Shown: positions 27,355-38,192 of the stretch, one piece after another
Layout of the letters: each line of letters begins with the position of its first letter
Numbering within the stretch: the stretch's first letter is position 1
From: Actinomycetales bacterium
GTDB lineage: Bacteria > Actinomycetota > Actinomycetes > Actinomycetales > CAWJMD01
Direction of reading: 5' to 3'
Assembly: GCA_047974565.1 (NCBI GenBank)
Contig: JBKECN010000055.1
Span: 19,839 to 83,838 of the forward strand
Length of the DNA: 64,000 nucleotides
Notes under the pieces: generated by a model
What the model was told of the DNA's origin: nothing
Databases searched by the model: none
The model's input: the letters and a program-made list of their open reading frames with translations, nothing else
Made by a program: the position numbers and the translations under genes

Positions 27355-28053
27355 ATGTGCCACGGCATCTGGGTGGCCCACTACTCTCAGGCCGTGACCG
27401 TCTGGCCCGTCATCGTGCACTCCCTGCCGGTGCTCTTGCTCGCCGCAGTGAGCCCGGTCCTCTTCCTCAACGCCAGCAGGGCGCTGACCGCCCACGGCAG
27501 GCGGGGTGGCGTGCTCTTCGCGATCGGCTCCGCGCTGGTCCTGGCGCTGCTCGGAGTCCTGGCGATGGGCCTGATGGGTGCGGCCGCATCCCAGGCGGTC
27601 GAGCGCGAACTGGCCTCCCGCGCGGTGGACGCCGCCCTGGGTGCCCTGCTGATCGTCTACGCGGGGTGGATGTTACGAGAGCGCCGCGCCGGCGAGACGT
27701 CCCGGCGGGTGGACGAGGCCACCGAACGCTCCAGCCCGTCCCGGGTGCACTCCGACTTCTTCGCCGGAATGCTCGGGATGGCGACGAACTTCACCACGCT
27801 GCCACTGTTCATGTCCGCCGCCCAGCGCCTGGGTACGGCCACCGGTGGCTGGCTGGTCAAGGTCCCCGCGCTGGCGCTGGCGGTGCTGATCGTCGCCCTG
27901 CCGTCCTGGCTTCCCATCGTCATCTCGATCCTGCTCCCGCGCAGCAAGGGCATCACCCCGGCTCGCGAGCGCAGGATCAAGCGGGCCACCGGTGACATCA
28001 GCATCGCGGCCTGTCTGATCGGCGGCCTGGTGATCCTGATCCGCCTCGTCTGA
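27355..28053 (+). CDS. integral membrane protein of unknown function (possibly GAP/DUF2910-like)
   Basis: 232-aa ORF with about 6 hydrophobic segments. The start is uncertain. Confidence 0.45.
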   Translation: MCHGIWVAHYSQAVTVWPVIVHSLPVLLLAAVSPVLFLNASRALTAHGRRGGVLFAIGSALVLALLGVLAMGLMGAAASQAVERELASRAVDAALGALLIVYAGWMLRERRAGETSRRVDEATERSSPSRVHSDFFAGMLGMATNFTTLPLFMSAAQRLGTATGGWLVKVPALALAVLIVALPSWLPIVISILLPRSKGITPARERRIKRATGDISIAACLIGGLVILIRLV

Positions 28054-28096
28054 GCAGCCGGGGTCACTCGGCTGAGCCAGCCGGACTCACGGGGAG

Positions 28097-29602
28097 TCAG
28101 TCGCCCAGTTCGGTCCGGCGCCGGTCGACGAACTCTTGCAACTCGCGTTCCACCTCTGGATCCAGGGCGGGCTGCGCGTACTCCTGGAGGGTGGCTCGCC
28201 AGATTTCACCCGCGCGCGCCTGGGTGTCGCGGGCGCCCTTGGACGTCCACCGCTCGAAGTTCTCCGTCGAGCTGAGCATCGGCCGGTAGAAGCAGTCCCG
28301 GAACCGTTCCAGCGTGTGCATGCAGCCGAGGAAATGCCCGCCGTGTCGCACCTCGTCGTGTGCGTCGAAGGCCAGGGCCTCGTCGTCGATCACCAGGGGT
28401 GTGTACTGCTGGCGCAGGGTGCGCAGCAACTCCACGTCCATGACGAGTTTCTCCGGGCAGGACACCAGTCCGGACTCCAGCCACCCCGCCGATTGGACGA
28501 TGAGGTTGGCCCCCGCACCGAAGGCGGCGTTGAGGGTGTTGAAGGCCTCGTAACCGGCTTGGGCGTCCACCGTCTGGCTGGCGGTCAGGCCGCCCCCGCC
28601 GGCTCGCCAGGGCAGAGCGTAGCGACGCGCCAGCTGGCCCGAGGCGAGCAAGCCGGCGGCCGATTCGGGCCCGCCGAAACTCGGTGAGCCGGACTGCATG
28701 TCGATGGTCGACAGGAACGAGCCCATCACCGCAGGGGTCCCCGGGCGCAGCGCCTGCATCAGGGCGATCCCGGTCAGTGCCTCAGCACTCTGCTGGGCCA
28801 GCGCCGAGGCGACCGTCACCGGTGACATCGCGCCCATCAGCAGGAAGGGGGTGACGACCACCGCCTGCCCGGCCTTTGCATAGGCGAGCATGGCCTCGAG
28901 CATGCGGGTGTCGAAGCGCAGTGGGGAGTTCGCGTTGGCGATGGTGATGATCGAACACATCGGCCTGTCGTGTCCGCTCGCCCCCGCCGGCCGGAACACC
29001 CCGGCCCCCGGTCCGTCCGACTCGAAGCCGGTGTTATCGCTGCGGGAGAACAAGATTCGAGCCATCTCGATGGAGTCGTCGGAGTTGACGTCCGAGAGTG
29101 CCGATCCGAACACCACCTTGTCGGTCAGGCTCATCGCGGCCAGGATCATGTCCAGGTGACGAGAGTCCAACGGCCTGTCGTTCGGTTCGATGATCGGCAT
29201 CGTGCTGGCGTCGAGTTCGGGGAAGGCCTGGACCAGTTTGGCCATCAGCCGGTAGTCCTCGAGAGTGCCGTCCCGGCGTTCGTCACCGATCCGGAAGAAC
29301 GGTGGCCCTGACACCGGGGTGCACACCACGTGACGTCCGCCGAGGGTGATGTCGTGCTCCGGGTTCCGAGCCCGGACGTCGAACTCGCTCGGAGCCAGGC
29401 GTACCTGCTCGAGTACCCAGTCGGGGTCGAAGTGAACGACCTCGCCTTCCACTCGTTGCCCCGCGTCGGCCAGCACGCTCAGTGCCTCGGGGTGCATGAA
29501 CTCCACCCCGATCTCACTCACCAGGCGCTTCCAGCCGCGCTCGATGGTGTCCAGCGACTCGGGGGAGAGGGGCTCCTGGGGGGCCATCTGGTGTCGAAAC
29601 AC
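28097..29602 (-). CDS. MttB-superfamily (trimethylamine methyltransferase-like, non-pyrrolysine) quaternary-amine methyltransferase
   Basis: 501-aa ORF with no in-frame internal stop. Family-level resemblance throughout (N-terminal LSPESLDTIERGWKRLVSEIGVEF...). Confidence 0.8.
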   Translation of the reverse strand: MFRHQMAPQEPLSPESLDTIERGWKRLVSEIGVEFMHPEALSVLADAGQRVEGEVVHFDPDWVLEQVRLAPSEFDVRARNPEHDITLGGRHVVCTPVSGPPFFRIGDERRDGTLEDYRLMAKLVQAFPELDASTMPIIEPNDRPLDSRHLDMILAAMSLTDKVVFGSALSDVNSDDSIEMARILFSRSDNTGFESDGPGAGVFRPAGASGHDRPMCSIITIANANSPLRFDTRMLEAMLAYAKAGQAVVVTPFLLMGAMSPVTVASALAQQSAEALTGIALMQALRPGTPAVMGSFLSTIDMQSGSPSFGGPESAAGLLASGQLARRYALPWRAGGGGLTASQTVDAQAGYEAFNTLNAAFGAGANLIVQSAGWLESGLVSCPEKLVMDVELLRTLRQQYTPLVIDDEALAFDAHDEVRHGGHFLGCMHTLERFRDCFYRPMLSSTENFERWTSKGARDTQARAGEIWRATLQEYAQPALDPEVERELQEFVDRRRTELGD

Positions 29603-29727
29603 GATGTCTCCTGGTGCGTTTGGGTGGGGACGAAGGTTCGCCCCGGTGTTCGGGTACCTCCCGGGACTTCACGTGCTCCAGGGAGTGCTCCGACTGCCCG
29701 GGTGGGCAACCGGATGGATGGGACCGG

Positions 29728-32220
29728 TCAGGCCCGTGGACGAAGCCCTTGCGGGTCGACGGGGCTTGGCGCGATCACCCGGGCAGGCCGGCGCCGGCCG
29801 ACCACGTGGATTTCGACCTCGGTGCCGACCTCGGCGTGTGCCCGGTCGACATAGCCCAGCGCCAGGCTCGCTCCGACGCAGTGGCCGTATCCACCGGAGG
29901 TGACGTAGCCGATCCGATGGTCCCCGACCCACACGGGATCGAAGACGGAGGCGTCGGCGTCCTCGGCAGACACCTCGAAGGTGACCAGACGCTGATCCGA
30001 GCCTTCCGTCCCGCCTTCCCGCCGGTCTGCCGAGTCTCGTTCTGCCAGTGCGGCATCGCGTCCGACGAAGGTGGACTTGTCGTAGTCCACGAATCGGTCC
30101 AGACCACACTGGAGGGGGGTGTGACCTTGGGTGAACTCGTGGTTCCAGATGCCATAGGACTTCTCCAATCGCAGACTGTCCAGGGCTGCATACCCGATCG
30201 GGACGGCACCCAGCGGTGCGCCGGCCTGACGCAACGCCCGGTAGAGCCCCGGGAGTTCACCGGCGGGAAGGTTGAGTTCATAGCCGAGTTCGCCGGTCAC
30301 GCTCATCCGCACCGCCCGGACCCGGTTGAGGCCGAGGTCGAGTTCGCCGGCCGACATGAAGCTCAGATCCACCGGATCGCAGGCGATCGCGGTGAGCAGC
30401 TCCGTGCTGCCGGGCCCGCACACCGCCACCCCGGCCACCGCGTCGCTGAGGTCGCGGATCGTGACGCTGCCATCACCGGGAAGATGGTCGGCGAACCAGC
30501 GAAGGTGCCAGGAACGCAGGTAGTACGAACCGACTACCCAGAACTCGTCCTCGCTCCAGCAGGTCGTGGTGAGGTCGCCCATCAGGCGGCCTCCGGCGCC
30601 GAGCATCGGGGTGAGCCGCACCCGCCCCTGCGTCGGCAGCCGACCCGCCAGCATCCGGTCCAGCCAGTCCCGAGCCCCCGGGCCGCTGACCTGGTAGCGG
30701 GCGAAGGAGGTGATGTCGAGCAGGCCCACCCCCTCGCGGGTGGCCCGGCATTCGGCGCCCACGATCTCGAAGGCGTTGCTCCGGCGCAGGGTGAGGTTCT
30801 CGGTGAAATCCGGCTGGTCGGGGGTGAAGTACAGCGGCGTCTCCAACCCCCAGGTGACGCCGAAGTGGGCGCCCTCGCCGGCCAGCGTCTCGTGCAAGGC
30901 GGAGGTGCGCAGGTTGCGTCCGGCCGGCAACTGCTCGTTGGGGTAGGTGAGTTCGAAACGCTTGGCGTAGAACTGCCCGGTGGTGGCGGTGAGGTAGCCG
31001 TCCGCGCAGGCGTAGGGCCCGTAGCGGGCCACGTCCATGCCCAGCACGTCCCGAGCGGGTTCACCTTCGACCATCCACTCGGCCAGCGCCAGCCCGACGC
31101 CGCCGCCCTGGCTGAACCCGGCCATCACCCCGCACGCGGCCCAGTAGTTGGTCAGCCCCGGCACCGGGCCGATCAGCGGGTTGCCGTCGGGGGTGAAGGT
31201 GAAGGCGCCGTTCACCCAGGTCTTGATCCCGGCGGTCTCCAGGCATGGGTAGCGGGCCAGACCGACTGCCAGTTCGGGCTCGATCCGGTCCAGGTCCGGG
31301 CGCAGCAGGGTCATCCCGAAGTCCCACGGAGCGCCCTCGACGTGCCAGTGCTGCGGTCGGCGTTCGTACACCCCGAGCAGCAGGCCGGGGCCTTCCTGGC
31401 GTAGGTAGGTGAAGCCGTCCAGGTCCATCATCATCGGCAGTTCGCCGTGCTGGGCGGTGTGGGCGACGACTTCGTCGAGTTCCTCGGTGATCAGGTAGTG
31501 GTGCTCCATCGGCACCACCGGCAGGTCCACGCCAGCCATCCGGGCCAGCCGACGAGCCCACAGCCCGCCGGCGTTCACGACGTGTTCGGCCGTGATCTCG
31601 CCCTGCTCGGTGCCCAGCCGCCAGCCTTGGGGGGTCTGGGTCAGGCTGAGAACCGCGTTGTGCAGGACGATCTCGACTCCCCGCTGCCGGGCAGCGGCGG
31701 CGTAGGCATGGGTGGTGCCCGAGGCGTCCAGGTGCCCCTCGTACGGGTCGTACATCGCGCCGTGGATTCCGGTGACGTCGACAATCGGGCTGAGCGAGGC
31801 GACCTCGTCGGGGTCGATCAGCCGCACGGCCTGATTGCCGATGGTCTGCAGTACGGCCCACTGGGCCTGCACCTGCTCCCAGCGTTCGGCGCTGGCGGCC
31901 AGGTTCAGCCCGCCGGTGATGTGCAGGCCGCAGGAGCGGCCGGTCTCGGCCTCCAACTCGGAGTACAGGTCGATGGTGTACTTCTGCAGGGCGGCCACGT
32001 TGGGATCCCCGTTGAGGGTGTGGAAGCCGGCCGCGGCGTGCCAGGTGGAGCCGGCGGTCAGCTCGGATCGTTCGATCAGCAGCACGTCGGTCCACCCGAG
32101 TTTGGCCAGGTGATACGCCACACTCACCCCGACCACTCCTCCGCCGATCACGACGGCCCGGTAGTTGTTCTGCTGCAATGGATCTCCTGGTGTACTGGGT
32201 GGAAGTGCCCGCAGGTCCAC
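29728..32220 (-). CDS. dimethylglycine/sarcosine dehydrogenase-like protein (FAD DAO domain fused to GcvT folate-binding aminomethyltransferase domain)
   Basis: 830-aa ORF with the FAD fingerprint AVVIGGGVVGVSVAYHLAK. The C-terminal half is GcvT-like. Confidence 0.85.
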   Translation of the reverse strand: MDLRALPPSTPGDPLQQNNYRAVVIGGGVVGVSVAYHLAKLGWTDVLLIERSELTAGSTWHAAAGFHTLNGDPNVAALQKYTIDLYSELEAETGRSCGLHITGGLNLAASAERWEQVQAQWAVLQTIGNQAVRLIDPDEVASLSPIVDVTGIHGAMYDPYEGHLDASGTTHAYAAAARQRGVEIVLHNAVLSLTQTPQGWRLGTEQGEITAEHVVNAGGLWARRLARMAGVDLPVVPMEHHYLITEELDEVVAHTAQHGELPMMMDLDGFTYLRQEGPGLLLGVYERRPQHWHVEGAPWDFGMTLLRPDLDRIEPELAVGLARYPCLETAGIKTWVNGAFTFTPDGNPLIGPVPGLTNYWAACGVMAGFSQGGGVGLALAEWMVEGEPARDVLGMDVARYGPYACADGYLTATTGQFYAKRFELTYPNEQLPAGRNLRTSALHETLAGEGAHFGVTWGLETPLYFTPDQPDFTENLTLRRSNAFEIVGAECRATREGVGLLDITSFARYQVSGPGARDWLDRMLAGRLPTQGRVRLTPMLGAGGRLMGDLTTTCWSEDEFWVVGSYYLRSWHLRWFADHLPGDGSVTIRDLSDAVAGVAVCGPGSTELLTAIACDPVDLSFMSAGELDLGLNRVRAVRMSVTGELGYELNLPAGELPGLYRALRQAGAPLGAVPIGYAALDSLRLEKSYGIWNHEFTQGHTPLQCGLDRFVDYDKSTFVGRDAALAERDSADRREGGTEGSDQRLVTFEVSAEDADASVFDPVWVGDHRIGYVTSGGYGHCVGASLALGYVDRAHAEVGTEVEIHVVGRRRPARVIAPSPVDPQGLRPRA

Positions 32221-32330
32221 GGTCGAGGCAGGCCGGCGTGACTGGTGGAGCGGGCCGGGCCGGTGGCCCGGTGTCGGTGCTGGGACTGCGGTAGCGGGGT
32301 TGGTTGGCGGTGCGGCGGTGTCCTGCCGGG

Positions 32331-33644
32331 TCAGCCCATTACCGTGTTGGAGGAGTTCGGGTCAGGCTGACGAAGACGTGAGTAGGCGGACAGGTCGATC
32401 TGTAGCCCGGTGCGCGGGAGAGTGTGCCGGACGGGGTCGGTGTCGTGATCGTGCCCGCTCTCGCAGGCGTCGATGATGGCCCGCAGGTAGTCGCCCACCA
32501 CCGGAGCGTTCTTGAACTGGTTACCGGAGGTGCCTATCGCCACATAGAAGCCCGGCACGGCGGTCTTGTCGTAGATCGGGATCCAGTCGTCGGCGACGTC
32601 GTAACAGGCGGCGATGCCCTTGGGTGTGTTCGGCACCTGCAAGGCGGGCACCCGGCGGGCGGCCCGCAGCAGTTGCGCCTCGGAGATCGCGGCTGTGACG
32701 TGCCGGTCGAAGTCCTCGCCGTCCTCGACATAGTGCACTGGGTCGCACTCGGGTTCGGCACCTCCGACGATGAGGTCGCCCGAGGGGGTGCCGCGCAGGT
32801 AGGTACCCAGGTCCATGTCCGAGACGATCGGGCCGGGCCGGTCAGGGGGGTCGAACCCCGCCGGGACGGGCACCGTGTTGACCTCCACCCGCACGGGGCG
32901 GTTACCGATTCCGAAATCGTCGCCGACCCCGGCCATGGAGTTGATCTTGGGCGAGGCCGGCCCGCCCACGTTGACCACCACGGGTGTGTCGATGCGAGTG
33001 CCATCGGCCAGCATCACCCCGGTAACGCGGCCGGAGCTGGTGTCGACCCCGCTGACCTCGGTGCGCATGGAGAAACGAACCCCCAGCCGTTGGGCGCTGG
33101 TGGCCAGGTTGTGGGCTGCGTAGCCGGGATCGTCGACGAAGCCGGCATCCGGACAGTGGTAGCCGCCCACCTCCCCGTCGGGTTCGTCCCAGAAGGCCTC
33201 GTCCGAGAGGGCCTTGGGCGGGTAATGCCGGGCCGGGTCGAGCCAGGCGAAGTGCTCTCGCACCTGTTCGGCGGTCCACACCTCGTAGGGCACCCCGACC
33301 TGGTCGAAGAGTCGCAGCACCTTGCCGGGGTCGTGCACTGGAGCGTCCAGGCTCAGCGCGCCGGTGCGGATGAAGCGCGCCACCCCACCGTCCTGATCGG
33401 GGCCGCCGAGGAAGTTCTGCCAGTCCAGCCAGGCGTAATGCGACTCCCAGGCGGTCGCCACGCCCGCCAGGGTGGAGTAGTTGAACCGGATGATCGCGGA
33501 GGAGGAACTCGTCGAGCCCTGACCGGGCCCGGAGAGCTTGTCCACCACGAGCACGTCCCGCCCGCCAGCCGCCAACGACCGCGCGACCGAACAGCCGATC
33601 ACCCCGGCACCGATGACGACGGCGTCCGCAGTCTGGTGTGGCAC
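32331..33644 (-). CDS. FAD-dependent oxidoreductase (sarcosine oxidase beta / DAO family)
   Basis: 437-aa ORF with the fingerprint AVVIGAGVIGCSVARSLAAGGRDVLVVDK. Confidence 0.8.
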   Translation of the reverse strand: MPHQTADAVVIGAGVIGCSVARSLAAGGRDVLVVDKLSGPGQGSTSSSSAIIRFNYSTLAGVATAWESHYAWLDWQNFLGGPDQDGGVARFIRTGALSLDAPVHDPGKVLRLFDQVGVPYEVWTAEQVREHFAWLDPARHYPPKALSDEAFWDEPDGEVGGYHCPDAGFVDDPGYAAHNLATSAQRLGVRFSMRTEVSGVDTSSGRVTGVMLADGTRIDTPVVVNVGGPASPKINSMAGVGDDFGIGNRPVRVEVNTVPVPAGFDPPDRPGPIVSDMDLGTYLRGTPSGDLIVGGAEPECDPVHYVEDGEDFDRHVTAAISEAQLLRAARRVPALQVPNTPKGIAACYDVADDWIPIYDKTAVPGFYVAIGTSGNQFKNAPVVGDYLRAIIDACESGHDHDTDPVRHTLPRTGLQIDLSAYSRLRQPDPNSSNTVMG

Positions 33645-33670
33645 TCTCGAGCCCCTTCCGTCCGCTGCTA

Positions 33671-33684
33671 TTTAACCGCTTCAC
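33671..33684. promoter_or_regulatory. TTTAACCGCTTCAC, second copy of the LacI-operator-like motif, ~30 nt upstream of the FAD-oxidase operon start
   Basis: 10/14 identical to 24063-24076, and both are followed by a GTGT element. It is an AT-rich island in GC-rich DNA. Confidence 0.35.
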
Positions 33685-33701
33685 AGTGTTGTAGCAGGTG
33701 T

Positions 33702-33729
33702 CGGTGTGGATGGCTACCCATCCACACCG
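33702..33729. promoter_or_regulatory. perfect 12-bp inverted repeat CGGTGTGGATGG-CTAC-CCATCCACACCG
   Basis: Read directly from the sequence, in the divergent region between the FAD-oxidase operon and the cysteine desulfurase gene. Confidence 0.5.
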
Positions 33730-33838
33730 AGCATTGTCATCCATGGTGGGTTCCGGTGGGTGGCATCGGTCCTTTGCGGTCCGGGCCGAGCACGAGCTGA
33801 GGGGACGCGCCTGGTCCCCGCACGCGTAGAATCGGCCG

Positions 33839-35029
33839 GTGACCGCCTATCTCGACCATGCGGCCTCCACGCCGATCCGGCCGGAGGCGCTGCAGGCGTA
33901 CACCGAGGCGGCTCTGGCCTGCGGCAACTCCTCGTCGGTACACAGCGCCGGGCGGCGTTCGCGACGGCTGCTGGAGGAGAGCCGCGAGCGTCTGGCCAGA
34001 GCCATCGGTGCCAATCCCTTCGAGGTCGTGTTCACCTCGGGTGGCACCGAGTCGGACAATCTCGCGCTCAAAGGCATCTATCGGGGGCGTCGTGGGGCGG
34101 ACCCGGAGTGCCGGCGCATCCTGCTCTCCCGCGTGGAACACCATGCCGTCCTGGACGCCGCTGAGTGGCTGGCCGAGCACGAGGGGGCAGAGTTGGTGTG
34201 GCTTGCGGTCGATGCCGCAGGCCGGGTGCACCCCGGCGAAGTGGCTGCGGCGTTGGCCCAAGCTCCGCAGCGCACTGCCTTGGTGAGTGCGATGTGGGCC
34301 AACAATGAGGTCGGGTCCATCTCGGCCATCGCAGACATCGTGGCCGTGGCGCACGAGGCAGCCGTGCCGGTGCACACCGACGCGGTGCAGGCGGTGGGGT
34401 CGGTGCCGGTGGACGTCAACGCTTGCGGGGTGGACGCGCTGTCGTTGTCCGGCCACAAGTTCGGCGGTCCGTTGGGGGTCGGTGCCCTGGTGGCCCGACG
34501 CGGCCTGCCCTTGGTGCCACTCCTGCAAGGAGGCGGCCAGGAGCAGGGGCAGCGTTCGGGAACCGTGAACGTGCCTGGCGCGGTTGGCCTGTCGGTGGCG
34601 GCCGAGGTGGCGGTGGCCGCGCTCGAGGACCAGTCGGTGCGGATCGCCGCGCTGCGGGATCTGTTGTTGACCGGCATCCTGGCGCGGGTGCCCGATGCCG
34701 TGGTCGCCGGGGCACCCGTCGGCGAGGGTCGGCTGCCGGGTAACGCTCATGTGAGATTCCCTGGATGCGAGGGAGATTCGTTGTTGTACCTGCTCGATGC
34801 GGCCGGAGTGGAGTGCTCCACCGGCTCAGCGTGTCAGGCCGGTGTCCCGCAGCCGAGTCACGTGCTCACCGCGATGGGCGTTCCCGCCGAGAGCGCCCAT
34901 GGGGCATTGCGGTTCAGCCTCGGTCACACCTCGACCGAGGCGGACGTCCGCCAGGTGCTGGCCGTCATCGGCGACGTGGTGGAGCGGGCTCGCACCGCCG
35001 GCCTGGCGTCGGTGGGCGGGGGTTCCTGA
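33839..35029 (+). CDS. cysteine desulfurase (class V aminotransferase, IscS/NifS-like)
   Basis: Typical N-terminus [15 protein letters not shown] lysine motif [10 protein letters not shown] and active-site Cys in STGSACQAG. The stop overlaps the mnmA start (TGATG). Confidence 0.9.
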   Translation: MTAYLDHAASTPIRPEALQAYTEAALACGNSSSVHSAGRRSRRLLEESRERLARAIGANPFEVVFTSGGTESDNLALKGIYRGRRGADPECRRILLSRVEHHAVLDAAEWLAEHEGAELVWLAVDAAGRVHPGEVAAALAQAPQRTALVSAMWANNEVGSISAIADIVAVAHEAAVPVHTDAVQAVGSVPVDVNACGVDALSLSGHKFGGPLGVGALVARRGLPLVPLLQGGGQEQGQRSGTVNVPGAVGLSVAAEVAVAALEDQSVRIAALRDLLLTGILARVPDAVVAGAPVGEGRLPGNAHVRFPGCEGDSLLYLLDAAGVECSTGSACQAGVPQPSHVLTAMGVPAESAHGALRFSLGHTSTEADVRQVLAVIGDVVERARTAGLASVGGGS

Positions 35030-36141
35030 TGCGGGTGCTGGCCGCGATGAGCGGCGGGGTGGATTCGGCCGTCGCCGCGGCACGGGTCAAGGCCGCCGGT
35101 CATGAGGTGGTGGGGGTGCACCTGGCCCTGGCCCGGGACCGCGCCACCAACCGCACCGGTGCCCGCGGATGCTGCACCATCGAGGACGCCACCGATGCCC
35201 GCAGGGTCGCCGATCTGCTCGAGATCCCCTTCTACGTCTGGGATCTGGCCGAGCGATTCGACGCCGACGTGGTGCAAGACTTCGTCGCCGAGTATGCCGC
35301 CGGGCGCACTCCGAACCCGTGTGTGCGGTGCAACCAGAAGATCAAGTTCTCCGCACTGCTGGATAAGGCGGTGGCGCTCGGATTCGACGCGGTGGCCACC
35401 GGCCACTACGCGGCGGTGCGGCAGACTCCGGACGGGCCGGAACTGGCCCGGGCTGCGGACGCCGCCAAGGATCAGTCCTACGTGCTCGCCGTGGTGGAGC
35501 CGGAACGCTTGCGACGAGCCATCTTTCCGTTGGGTGATGTCCCGGGGAAGGACGTGGTGCGGGCCGAGGCCGCAGCCTTGGGGCTGGGGGTGGCGGCCAA
35601 GCCGGACAGTCACGACATCTGCTTCATCCCCGACGGAGACACTCGCGGATTCCTGTCCGGGCGACTGAACGGCTCGGTGGGTAGCCGGCCGGGTCCCATC
35701 CTGGACACCTCCGGAACCCAGGTGGGTGAGCACTCCGGTGCCGCCGGCCACACGATCGGGCAGCGTCGGGGCCTGCGCTTGGGGCATCCCGCCCCGGACG
35801 GACGGCCTCGCTACGTGCTCGACGTGAGCGTGGTCGACAACACTGTCACGGTGGGCTCGGCAGCCGAACTCGCCGTGGAACAAGTGCTGGTGTCGGCGAT
35901 GGTGTGGCACGCGCCCGTCGAGCGGGGGCAGGACCTGCGCGCCCAGGTACGGGCCCACGGCGTCAGCGTGCCGGCTCGCCTGGTCGACCTGGAGCGCGCC
36001 GAGACCCGGATCGGCCTGCACGTCCCGCTCACCGGGGTGGCGCCGGGCCAGTCCCTCGTGCTGTACGACGAGTCCGATCGCCGGGTGGTGGGCGCCGGCA
36101 CCGTGGAGAGCACGGTGCGGGCCGCGGTGGCGACCCGGTGA
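35029..36141 (+). CDS. mnmA: tRNA 2-thiouridine(34) synthase MnmA
   Basis: The ATG at 35029 gives [17 protein letters not shown] (PP-loop). Also has CCTIEDA and NPCVRCN motifs. Confidence 0.92.
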   Translation: MRVLAAMSGGVDSAVAAARVKAAGHEVVGVHLALARDRATNRTGARGCCTIEDATDARRVADLLEIPFYVWDLAERFDADVVQDFVAEYAAGRTPNPCVRCNQKIKFSALLDKAVALGFDAVATGHYAAVRQTPDGPELARAADAAKDQSYVLAVVEPERLRRAIFPLGDVPGKDVVRAEAAALGLGVAAKPDSHDICFIPDGDTRGFLSGRLNGSVGSRPGPILDTSGTQVGEHSGAAGHTIGQRRGLRLGHPAPDGRPRYVLDVSVVDNTVTVGSAAELAVEQVLVSAMVWHAPVERGQDLRAQVRAHGVSVPARLVDLERAETRIGLHVPLTGVAPGQSLVLYDESDRRVVGAGTVESTVRAAVATR

Positions 36142-37220
36142 GCGGGCCGATCGGCTCCGAGTCCGAGGTGGCCGAGCAGGGTGGATCTGCCGCCGAGCCG
36201 GCGGCGCCTGCCCGGTGGGATCTCCCATCGGGTACCGGAGTGGGGCCGATGCCGGGTGAGAATCCTTTGGAGGCAGCACGTCTGGTCTTCGGAGAGCTCG
36301 GCGGCGAACCCGGCATGCCCTTCCTGCCTCAGTTGCCCGAGCGGGGTCCGGGAGCCGACCCGGTGGGGCGGGCCGCCGCTCTGCTGGTGGACCTGCCGGT
36401 GGATCTGCAGCCCTCGGGATGGCGGTTGGTGGATCGCCCCGGCCGGGACCTGCATCGGGCTCGCTCCTACCTCACCTCGGACACCGATGCGCTGGCCGAG
36501 GCCGCCGATGGCTATCGCGGCCCGCTGCTGACCACCGTGACCGGGCCGTGGACCCTGGCCGGGGCGATCTGGCTGCAGCGCGGCGAGCGGATCGCCTGTG
36601 ACCTCGGGGCCGCCCGCGATCTGGCCGCCTCGCTGGCCGAGGGGGTGGCCGAACACGTGCGCACGCTGCAACGGTTGGTGCCCGGTGCCGAGGTGATCGT
36701 GCAGTTCGACGAGCCCGGCTTGCCGGCCGCGCTGGAGGGCCGGCTGGCGACAGTCAGTGGCTACGGTCGCTTGCGCGCGGTCGAGCCGTACGTGGCCCAG
36801 GAAGTGCTCACCAGCGCGGTGGCCACGATCCGGCTGGCGGGTGCCCGAGTGAGCCTGCGCTGCAATGCTTCCCGCGCACCGATGCCTGTGCTGCGTGGTG
36901 CCGCGCCGGACGCGCTGGCGGTCAACCTCGGTGGGCTGACTCCGCGGGCCTGGGAGTCGGTGGCGGTCGCCGTGGAGTCGGGTATTCGGCTGACGGCAGG
37001 GGTGCTCGACGTGGACGAGACGGCTCTGCCGTCGACCGCCTCGGTTGTCGACGAGGTCATCGCGCACTGGGAGCGGGTGGGGCTGAGCGCGCAGGATCTG
37101 CTGCGAGTGGACATCGCACCGACAGCGGGATTCTCGGGTGTGCACTTACGACGGATCCGGCAACTGCTTGAGCTGGCGGTCCGCGCAGCCGGCGCACTCA
37201 CCGACGTCGCCCGCGGATAG
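36138..37220 (+). CDS. cobalamin-independent methionine synthase (MetE C-terminal)-like family protein
   Basis: The ORF is 35904-37220. The GTG at 36138 overlaps the mnmA stop (GTGA). It sits in the conserved actinobacterial position between mnmA and ligA. The function call is family-level only. Confidence 0.6.
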   Translation: MSGPIGSESEVAEQGGSAAEPAAPARWDLPSGTGVGPMPGENPLEAARLVFGELGGEPGMPFLPQLPERGPGADPVGRAAALLVDLPVDLQPSGWRLVDRPGRDLHRARSYLTSDTDALAEAADGYRGPLLTTVTGPWTLAGAIWLQRGERIACDLGAARDLAASLAEGVAEHVRTLQRLVPGAEVIVQFDEPGLPAALEGRLATVSGYGRLRAVEPYVAQEVLTSAVATIRLAGARVSLRCNASRAPMPVLRGAAPDALAVNLGGLTPRAWESVAVAVESGIRLTAGVLDVDETALPSTASVVDEVIAHWERVGLSAQDLLRVDIAPTAGFSGVHLRRIRQLLELAVRAAGALTDVARG

Positions 37221-37394
37221 CGCGCCGCTCCCCGCACATCGTCCGTCTTCTCCGGGCCCGTTCGGGATGCCGATCTGATCGCCTCGCACATGGGGATGAG
37301 TGCCTCGACGATGGCTCGTGCGCTGCGCGCGCGATTGTCTGGAGTCACCGGCTTCGACCATCGGGGTCACGAGGCCATACAGAACGGAGCAGCG

Positions 37395-38192
37395 ATGATC
37401 CTGGTCATCGGCGGGAACGGCAAGACCGGCGGGCGGGTCGCGGCGCGACTGGCTGACCGCGGGGTGGAGTACCGGATCGGCTCTCGATCGGCGCACGTGC
37501 GCTTCGACTGGAACGAACCCGCGACCTGGGCGCCGGCTCTGCAGGGAGTCCAGGCAGCGTATGTGACGTACTACCCCGATCTGGCCTTCCCGGGAGTCAG
37601 CGACCTGATCGCCGACTTCGCGGCCACCGCCAAACAGGTCGGCGTCCGCAAGCTGGTGCTGCTGTCCGGCCGGGGTGAGGAGGGGGCCGAGGCCAGTGAG
37701 CGGTCGGTGCAGAACTGCGGTCTGCGCTGGACGATCGTGCGCTGCAACTGGTTCAACCAGAACTTCAGCGAGTCCTTCTTCCTCGAACCGGTCCGCGAAG
37801 GCGTGATCGCGATCCCGGCCGGCGACGCCGTGGAACCCTTCGTCGACGCCGATGACATCGCAGATGTGGCGGTGGCCGCCCTCACCGAGGACGGGCACGA
37901 CGGCAACGTCTACGAACTCTCCGGACCTCGTCTGCTGAGCTTCACCGACGTGGCCGAGGAACTGAGCCGAGCCACCGGGCGGACCATCCGGTATCAACCG
38001 GTCTCCGCGCAGGAGTATCGGCGGACCCTGGACAAGGAAGGGCTCCCTCCCGACTTCGTGGACCTGTTCACTCTCATTCTCGACGGTCGCAATGCCTCGC
38101 TCACCGACGGAGTGTCCCGGGCCCTGGGCAGAGCACCCAGGGACTTCTCCGACTACGCCCGCGCCGCCGCGTCGTCGGGAGTGTGGGCGTAA
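37395..38192 (+). CDS. NAD(P)H-binding NmrA-like / atypical SDR protein
   Basis: The ATG at 37395 follows GGAG. N-terminus is MILVIGGNGKTGGRVAARLADRG. Confidence 0.8.
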   Translation: MILVIGGNGKTGGRVAARLADRGVEYRIGSRSAHVRFDWNEPATWAPALQGVQAAYVTYYPDLAFPGVSDLIADFAATAKQVGVRKLVLLSGRGEEGAEASERSVQNCGLRWTIVRCNWFNQNFSESFFLEPVREGVIAIPAGDAVEPFVDADDIADVAVAALTEDGHDGNVYELSGPRLLSFTDVAEELSRATGRTIRYQPVSAQEYRRTLDKEGLPPDFVDLFTLILDGRNASLTDGVSRALGRAPRDFSDYARAAASSGVWA

